Positions 47,504-53,493 of a DNA stretch of 53,493 nt are shown here, in pieces. The stretch is from Thermoplasmatales archaeon SG8-52-3 (GTDB lineage Archaea > Thermoplasmatota > E2 > DHVEG-1). Made by a program: the position numbers and the translations under genes. Each line of letters starts with the position of its first letter. Position 1 is the first letter of the stretch. The stretch is from contig LSSG01000075.1 in NCBI GenBank assembly GCA_001595915.1, forward strand, positions 1-53,493. The letters are read 5' to 3'. The notes beneath the pieces are model-generated. The model searched no databases. It was not told where the DNA came from and was given only the letters and a program-made list of their open reading frames with translations.

Positions 47504-49537
47504 TTATTTATTAAAAATCTCCCTTAATGGGATATAAAATATAAGAAGAGCGATAAACAACCATAAAATAAGACCTGGAAAAATAGGTGGAAATTCAAAC
47601 ATTACAATATTTAATCCTGCAATTATAATGAATGCAACAATTACTCCAGTTAGGGCCTCTCCTGCAATAAGACCTGCAGTAAACAAAAGACCTGTTCGAA
47701 TAATTCTATCTTTTGGTTTTACCTCTGTTTGTTTAATTGCAAGTTCCCACTCACTTGCTTGTTCATCTTTGTCAGATCCAAATTCTTTTAAAACAATTTT
47801 ATTGGTAATATATCTAATAACCCCGCCACAAAAAATTGGAGTTCCAAGAGTAAAAGGAAGGTAGATCCCTATAGCAACAGGTAGCACTGGTACATTGATT
47901 AATATTAGAATAAATGCAAGTACCATTCCAGCAAGGACAAACGGCCATACCATCTCCCCACCAAGAACACCGCGAACAACACCACTCATTAGAAATGCTT
48001 GAGGAGCAGGAAGATTAGTACTCCCAATAGTATATGCTTTGTGAAGGGCAGATACAACAATTGCAAGAACAGGTGCTGCTGCAATTATTCCAACTAGTTC
48101 TGCTAATTGCTGTTTATAGGGTGTTGCCCCTATCATTTGACCTGCTGTCATTGACTGAAGTACATCTCCAGAAATTGCAGCACAACAAGCAATTACTGCA
48201 GCAATAAGTAAAGCAATTCCATATGCACCAACATTTCCTGACATTCCAAATCCAAGTAGAATCAAACTTGTCAAAAGTAAAACAGAAACTGTCACCCCAG
48301 ATGTTGGATTATTTGATGAACCAACAAGACCTGCCATATAACCTGCTATTGCACTTGCAATGAATGCAAATAAAATTGCAAATACTGCCATTATACCAGA
48401 TACAACAAAATTATCTGATATCCAAACATAGACAAGAAAAACAGGTATTGTTAATACACCAATTGTTAAAAACACATATTTGAAATTTAAATCTTGATCA
48501 GTTCTTTTTTTTGCTTGAGATTGACCGTTCTTGATACCAGTAATAGCTTCTCTTATTCCATCAGCAAGATTATGTCGAAGTTTAAAAATTGTCCATAACC
48601 CACCAACAACCATTGCACCTACACCAATATATCGAATATAGTCTTCCCAGATTTTATAAAAGCCCCAAATAAGCTTGCCAGAATCAAAATTCCCACCTGT
48701 AAAACCCATAGCATCAGATATTTGTTCAGGTGTAATAGGTATTGGAATCCCCACTGCAAGAGCAATTAAGGGTGCAATTATAACCCATCCAAGAAGTCCT
48801 CCTACAAAAACATATGAAGCAATTCTTGGACCTATTATCCAACCTACTCCAAGGAGAGCAGGTGAAGTTGCAATCCCACCATAAAATAAACCTGTATTTT
48901 CCCCTCCACCAATATTGAATTTTCCAAAATTGAATATGCCATGAATTTTACCTTGAATTGCATGAAGACCGACTTGTGCAAATTTTAAAGATGCCCCAAT
49001 AATACTACCCAAAAGAAGCCATATGCCACTTGAACTTGCATCTTTATTCTTATTTGAAGTTTCATCACCAACAGTTGTTGTAAGAACAGCTGCGACAGCA
49101 ACACCTTCAGGAAAAGGGAGATCTGTTTTTATAATCAAAGCACGTCTAAGTGAAACCATCCATAAAACACCAAGTATACCACCTAAAGCAGCAACAATTG
49201 TTGTTTCAAGATAGTGAATATCTTTCCATGCTTCAAGTAGTAACATTGCTGGAATTGTGAAAATTACTCCAGCAGCAAGGGCAGTTCCCGCTGCAGCTCC
49301 CATCATTCCAATGTTTACCTCTAGAATTGTTCCTTTCAGGGGTTTTAGTAAGGCAAAAGCCATCACAGCACCAGGTATTGCAGCTGATATAGTCATTCCT
49401 GCATATAGGCCAAAATAAGCATTGGCCGATCCTAACACAATTGCAAGAAGTGCACCAATTAATACTGCTTTTATTGTTAGCTCTGGGATTATTGTTTTTG
49501 CTGGAATAAAGGAATTAAAGTTTTCTCTTGATGACAT
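47504..49537 (-). CDS. Oligopeptide transporter, OPT family
   Basis: PELTIKA, NAYFGLYAG, LPFPEGVA, GSSNNPTSG, LPAPQA, AIGIYLP, GLIAGEAL. Confidence 0.92.
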   Translation of the reverse strand: MSSRENFNSFIPAKTIIPELTIKAVLIGALLAIVLGSANAYFGLYAGMTISAAIPGAVMAFALLKPLKGTILEVNIGMMGAAAGTALAAGVIFTIPAMLLLEAWKDIHYLETTIVAALGGILGVLWMVSLRRALIIKTDLPFPEGVAVAAVLTTTVGDETSNKNKDASSSGIWLLLGSIIGASLKFAQVGLHAIQGKIHGIFNFGKFNIGGGENTGLFYGGIATSPALLGVGWIIGPRIASYVFVGGLLGWVIIAPLIALAVGIPIPITPEQISDAMGFTGGNFDSGKLIWGFYKIWEDYIRYIGVGAMVVGGLWTIFKLRHNLADGIREAITGIKNGQSQAKKRTDQDLNFKYVFLTIGVLTIPVFLVYVWISDNFVVSGIMAVFAILFAFIASAIAGYMAGLVGSSNNPTSGVTVSVLLLTSLILLGFGMSGNVGAYGIALLIAAVIACCAAISGDVLQSMTAGQMIGATPYKQQLAELVGIIAAAPVLAIVVSALHKAYTIGSTNLPAPQAFLMSGVVRGVLGGEMVWPFVLAGMVLAFILILINVPVLPVAIGIYLPFTLGTPIFCGGVIRYITNKIVLKEFGSDKDEQASEWELAIKQTEVKPKDRIIRTGLLFTAGLIAGEALTGVIVAFIIIAGLNIVMFEFPPIFPGLILWLFIALLIFYIPLREIFNK

Positions 49538-49651
49538 TGTATTCGCATAATTAATTATTATTTTCAGCTATTTAAAATAATCGTATTTATATATATTTCA
49601 AATCTAATATTAAGAAAATAATAAATAATAAAGAGATTGAATTTTATTAAA

Positions 49652-50509
49652 TCATTCAATCAGATCAGCAATATCAGTTGGAAATTTAGCTACCTTTACA
49701 CCTGCTTTTTCAAAGGCTTTTATCTTTGATTCAGCAGTTCCCTTACCTCGTGCAATAATTGCTCCTGCATGGCCCATTCTTTTACCAGGTGGAGCAGTTC
49801 TACCTGCAATAAATGCATAAACAGGTTTTGAAATATGTTCCTTGATATGTTCTGCGGCCTCCTCTTCAGCAGTACCACCAATCTCGCCAACTAAAACAAT
49901 TGACTTTGTCTCAGAATCTTTTTCAAATGCATTAAGTGAATCAATAAATGTAGTACCAATAATTGGATCTCCACCAAGCCCAACACAGGTGCTCTGTCCA
50001 ATTCCTTTTTCAGTAAGTGAATTTACTATCTCATAAGTTAATGTTCCACTTCTACTTGCTACACCAACATAACCCTCCTTGAATATCTGGCCTGGTAGAA
50101 TACCAATTTTTGTTTTACCAGGACTTGCAATGCCTGGGCAATTCGGTCCAATTAATACTGCACCCTTATATTTGCTATAATGAACAAATTCCATTGCATC
50201 ATGAAATGGGATATTTTCAGTAATCACTACAATTGTCTTAATTCCTGCATCAAGTGACTCAAAAACTGCATCTTTTGCAAAGCGGGCTGGTACCAAAATT
50301 AGAGACGTATTTGCTCCTGTTTCAGATACACCGTCAAAAACATCGTTAAATATTGGAACCCCTTCAACTTCTTGACCACCTTTTCCAGGAGTTACACCAG
50401 CAACAACATTTGTTCCAAACTCTTTCATAGCACCGATATGAAATACTCCCTGGTGACCAGTTGCGCCTTGAACTAAAACCTTACTACTTTTATCTGCAAA
50501 AATCGCCAT
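49652..50509 (-). CDS. sucD: Succinyl-CoA synthetase alpha subunit
   Basis: [42 protein letters not shown] phospho-His. Confidence 0.95.
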   Translation of the reverse strand: MAIFADKSSKVLVQGATGHQGVFHIGAMKEFGTNVVAGVTPGKGGQEVEGVPIFNDVFDGVSETGANTSLILVPARFAKDAVFESLDAGIKTIVVITENIPFHDAMEFVHYSKYKGAVLIGPNCPGIASPGKTKIGILPGQIFKEGYVGVASRSGTLTYEIVNSLTEKGIGQSTCVGLGGDPIIGTTFIDSLNAFEKDSETKSIVLVGEIGGTAEEEAAEHIKEHISKPVYAFIAGRTAPPGKRMGHAGAIIARGKGTAESKIKAFEKAGVKVAKFPTDIADLIE

Positions 50510-50516
50510 ATTTTAT

Positions 50517-51617
50517 TCACCTCGCTAAATCAGAAGATTTCTGAGCTGCATCCTGAAGCGTTGTTCCAGTAATAAGTCCAGCATCCTTTAAAATATCCTT
50601 TGCTTGATCTTCATTACAACCTTTTATACGAGTAATAACGGGGCAATCAATTCCTTCCTTGGTAATTACTTCTTTAACACCTTTAGCAACAGTATCACAT
50701 CTAGTTATTCCACCAAATAAATTTAGAAAAATAACTTTTGGTTTTGCCTTTTTCATAAGGCTAAATGCTTGTTTTACTTTTTCAGGATCATCAGTTCCGC
50801 CAAGATCCAAAAAGACACCACCTTTACCATTATAGTTTGTCAGTGCATCAAGAGTGGCCATTGTAAGACCTGCACCATTTGCTATAACACCAATGTTTCC
50901 ATCAAGTTGAATAAAAGCAATTCCTTTTTCCTTTGCATCCTTTTCAAGAGGAGTTAATTCCACAATCTCAGGTTCTATATCCGTATGTCTATACATAGCA
51001 TCATCATTTATATTTACCTTTGAATCTAGTGCCATTACTCCGCCGTCTTTTTTAATAATTAGAGGATTTATCTCAACAAGTTCACAATCATATTCCCTAA
51101 ATAATTTGTAAATTTTTGAAATAACCTTGGCAACCTCTTTTCCATCTTCTTTTTCTAACTTGAGTTTAGAAACAATTCCACGAACATGAAATGGTTGGAT
51201 ACCAATCAAGGGATTTACCCATTCCTTGAAAATTTTTTCATCAGGAACACTTTCAATATCCATTCCACCCTCTACACTTGCCATAATAAGAGGCATTCTT
51301 TTAGAGCGGTCAAGAGTAATGCTTAGATATAACTCCTTTTTTATATCGACTTTTTCTTCAGCAAGGACCTTTCTTACAGTATAACCCTTAATATCCATTC
51401 CCATAATTTTTGAAAATTTTTCTTTTGCATCCTTTAGATTTTCCGCTGATTTAATACCTCCTGCCTTACCACGGCCTCCTATTGGTACTTGTGCCTTAAG
51501 AACAAAAGGAAAATTCAAACCAGAAAAATCATTTATATCTTTTACTAGCCTGCCATTTGGAACTGCTATTCCATATTTATCAAACAGTTCCTTCCCCCTA
51601 TACTCAAAAAGTTTCAT
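50517..51617 (-). CDS. sucC: Succinyl-CoA synthetase beta subunit
   Basis: MKLFEY, KAQVPIGGRGKAGG, EINPL, NGAGLTMATLD, FLDLGG, FGGITRCD. Confidence 0.95.
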   Translation of the reverse strand: MKLFEYRGKELFDKYGIAVPNGRLVKDINDFSGLNFPFVLKAQVPIGGRGKAGGIKSAENLKDAKEKFSKIMGMDIKGYTVRKVLAEEKVDIKKELYLSITLDRSKRMPLIMASVEGGMDIESVPDEKIFKEWVNPLIGIQPFHVRGIVSKLKLEKEDGKEVAKVISKIYKLFREYDCELVEINPLIIKKDGGVMALDSKVNINDDAMYRHTDIEPEIVELTPLEKDAKEKGIAFIQLDGNIGVIANGAGLTMATLDALTNYNGKGGVFLDLGGTDDPEKVKQAFSLMKKAKPKVIFLNLFGGITRCDTVAKGVKEVITKEGIDCPVITRIKGCNEDQAKDILKDAGLITGTTLQDAAQKSSDLAR

Positions 51618-51635
51618 GGAAACCTGAATGCAAAT

Positions 51636-52724
51636 TCATATATTTAATAGCTTTTTAACCCAGAAATCACAACCAACAATCTTACCTGCAAAAGGGGCAA
51701 ACTTGAAATCTTTAATAATTGCTAAAGTACTTAGGCTATATGTTCTAATAATGGGATCTTCTGCAATCCATTGATTTTCTTTTAAAATTTGAAATATCTG
51801 CATTTGATCTGTTTTATAATGGTCATAATCTTTGTATATTGAAATCATAACAGCTTCAAATCTTCTACTAGCAAAAAAAACAGTAGAATTACTCATTAAA
51901 GATGCTGCCTCATCGTCATCTAAGTTTGGTGGATTGCGCGGGTCAAATCTTATATGATAAAATCCTAAAATTTCAAAACCTAGTTTTATAAAATTTGGAA
52001 TAATTAATTTGCTCATAAGATTTGTATCCTCAAATTTCCTTCTTAAACGAGAAATAGTATGTCTAGAAACTCCTAAATCTCTACCAATTTCACTATCAGC
52101 TAGGTCAGGATAGCTAATTAACATACAATATGCATTTTTTTCTGTATCCGAAAATATACTTGTTTCTTTGTTACCAAAATTAATATTCTCAATTTGTTGT
52201 TCTTCTTTAAATTCTAAACCGAAATAATAATTAAGTAACGGACCAAAATCAAAAAAGCGATATATTTTACTAATTTCAAAAGGAAAAACTACCATATTTG
52301 GGTATTCCTCTTCTAAAAGTCCACGTCCCCCAAATGTTTGTGTCCTTATATCATTAATTCTCCCAATTGTTGCATAATCTTTTGATAGACTTAAAGAAAA
52401 ACCCTTATCTTGTTCACCCACTGAAAAAAATATTTCATCAAAAACTTCAATTGCTTCCTCAGTGATCACAACTCTTTCTGGTAGTGGAATTAACAAACTA
52501 AATTGGGAATAAATCACCACAAGCATTTCACAGCCCATACTTTGAAGTTTGGGAATTATCAATTTTTTAACATATTCATTATTTTTTAAACGTAATCTTA
52601 TCGATGTTACTGTTGAGTGTTTCAAATCAAGTTTCTTGGATAGTTCTTTATCTGTCATACTTGGAAATTTTACTAGTCCATATAGTACCAATTTTTCCCG
52701 TTTTGTTAATTCAAATTGATACAT
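51636..52724 (-). CDS. Tandem double-HTH (Lrp/AsnC-like) transcriptional regulator
   Basis: Two HTH units: TDKELSKKLDLKHSTVTSIRLRL and ADSEIGRDLGVSRHTISRLRRKF, each followed by IIP....GxE.L; likely start MYQFELT at 52724. Confidence 0.75.
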   Translation of the reverse strand: MYQFELTKREKLVLYGLVKFPSMTDKELSKKLDLKHSTVTSIRLRLKNNEYVKKLIIPKLQSMGCEMLVVIYSQFSLLIPLPERVVITEEAIEVFDEIFFSVGEQDKGFSLSLSKDYATIGRINDIRTQTFGGRGLLEEEYPNMVVFPFEISKIYRFFDFGPLLNYYFGLEFKEEQQIENINFGNKETSIFSDTEKNAYCMLISYPDLADSEIGRDLGVSRHTISRLRRKFEDTNLMSKLIIPNFIKLGFEILGFYHIRFDPRNPPNLDDDEAASLMSNSTVFFASRRFEAVMISIYKDYDHYKTDQMQIFQILKENQWIAEDPIIRTYSLSTLAIIKDFKFAPFAGKIVGCDFWVKKLLNI

Positions 52725-52780
52725 GTTATTAATAATGTGCATTATGTATAAATACTTTGTTCTCAATTTAACGAAAATTA

Positions 52781-52847
52781 AACAAAAAAACGATAATAAG
52801 AGCAAAAAAACATTGATAAGTTATCAAAATATTGAAATTACATCAAT
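52781..52847. promoter_or_regulatory. Candidate operator in the divergent promoter region
   Basis: TTGATAA-G-TTATCAA palindrome (52813-52827); 20-bp-period repeat caaaaaaac....ataag (52783 and 52803); ATTGA-N7-TCAAT (52831-52847). Confidence 0.45.
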
Positions 52848-53042
52848 AAAATGTTATTATGATATTTTACCAAAAACTATATAAAATATTAGTTACATAT
52901 ATTTTTTGTAATGGGAGGAGCCATCTTGGCAAGAATCCATATGGATTATAAGATACCTGGAGGTATTATAATCATAAAAAATCTTAATAGATTTTTTCCT
53001 AGCATTTTTAAAAATATTTCAAAATTTTATGGAGATTAAACC

Positions 53043-53493
53043 ATGATTAAAGAAGGGCAAGTCCTCATGGAAAAGTCAAAAACATCAAAAGCAAAGGATA
53101 TTAAAGAAAAAGAAGGAACGGTTGAAGTTTTTATAATGGGAAAAAGCTACAAGGTTCCTGCAGGCCTTACAATAATGAAAGCTTTAGAATATGCAGGATA
53201 TCGATATATCAGAGGATGTGGATGTAGAGCTGGTTTTTGTGGTGCATGCTCAACTATTTATAGGAAAGAGGATGAACAAAAATTAGGTTTTGATCTTGCA
53301 TGTCAAAAAGTTGTAGAAGATAAAATGTATCTTGTTCAACTTCCATTTGTTCCTGCATCAAAAGCAGAATATGATATAGATAAGATTGTACCAAAAGAGA
53401 GTACAATAATGGAAATATACCCTGAAATTGCTCGCTGTGTGTCTTGTAATACTTGTACTAAATCCTGCCCTCAAGATATTGAGGTAATGAAAT
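53043..53493 (+). CDS. Iron-sulfur protein (2Fe-2S plus 4Fe-4S; SdhB/FrdB-like), partial
   Basis: Not in ORF track. Manual translation: LTIMKALEYAG..RGCGCRAGFCGAC...LACQ...RCVSCNTCTKSCPQ; runs off the window. Confidence 0.85.
   Translation, partial: MIKEGQVLMEKSKTSKAKDIKEKEGTVEVFIMGKSYKVPAGLTIMKALEYAGYRYIRGCGCRAGFCGACSTIYRKEDEQKLGFDLACQKVVEDKMYLVQLPFVPASKAEYDIDKIVPKESTIMEIYPEIARCVSCNTCTKSCPQDIEVMK

Noticed and set aside
52725-52805. Extended N-terminus of the double-HTH regulator
   Set aside because: Low-complexity promoter DNA; the first HTH starts right after ATG 52724
1-53493. tRNA, rRNA, transposases, integrases, defence systems
   Set aside because: No GC-rich structured RNA stretch or mobile-element motif was seen; short ncRNAs cannot be excluded without covariance-model searches

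Overview
AT-rich archaeal DNA, most likely Thermoplasmatota. The evidence is archaellum genes, pantoate kinase, a Thermoplasmata-type Hjc, a PGF-CTERM protein and GGAGG/GGTGA ribosome-binding sites; the finer lineage is not determinable here. About 6-26 kb is an unusual archaellum locus. It contains an EarA-type activator, four tandem archaellins on +, and a convergent arlC-D/E-F-G-H-I-I-J operon with TWO divergent ArlI ATPases followed by a PPi-type PFK. It also holds a PAS-coiled-coil-PAS protein with no output domain, a fifth archaellin whose 83-aa leader looks like a folded Sm/LSm-like domain, a divergently transcribed degenerate archaellin and a repeat coiled-coil protein. No che genes or prepilin peptidase are in the window. 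The rest is housekeeping and peptide/amino-acid fermentation: nth, putP, C45 hydrolase-beta-propeller, CBS proteins, hjc, usp, coaBC, pantoate kinase, split MgtE, porGDAB, an unknown-hom-aor-aminotransferase operon, OPT, sucCD, a double-HTH regulator and a partial Fe-S protein. The best candidate for a new system is the Sm-like-leader archaellin module with its associated hairpins; the second is the possible catabolic homoserine operon. All family calls come from motifs read by eye; no searches were run.
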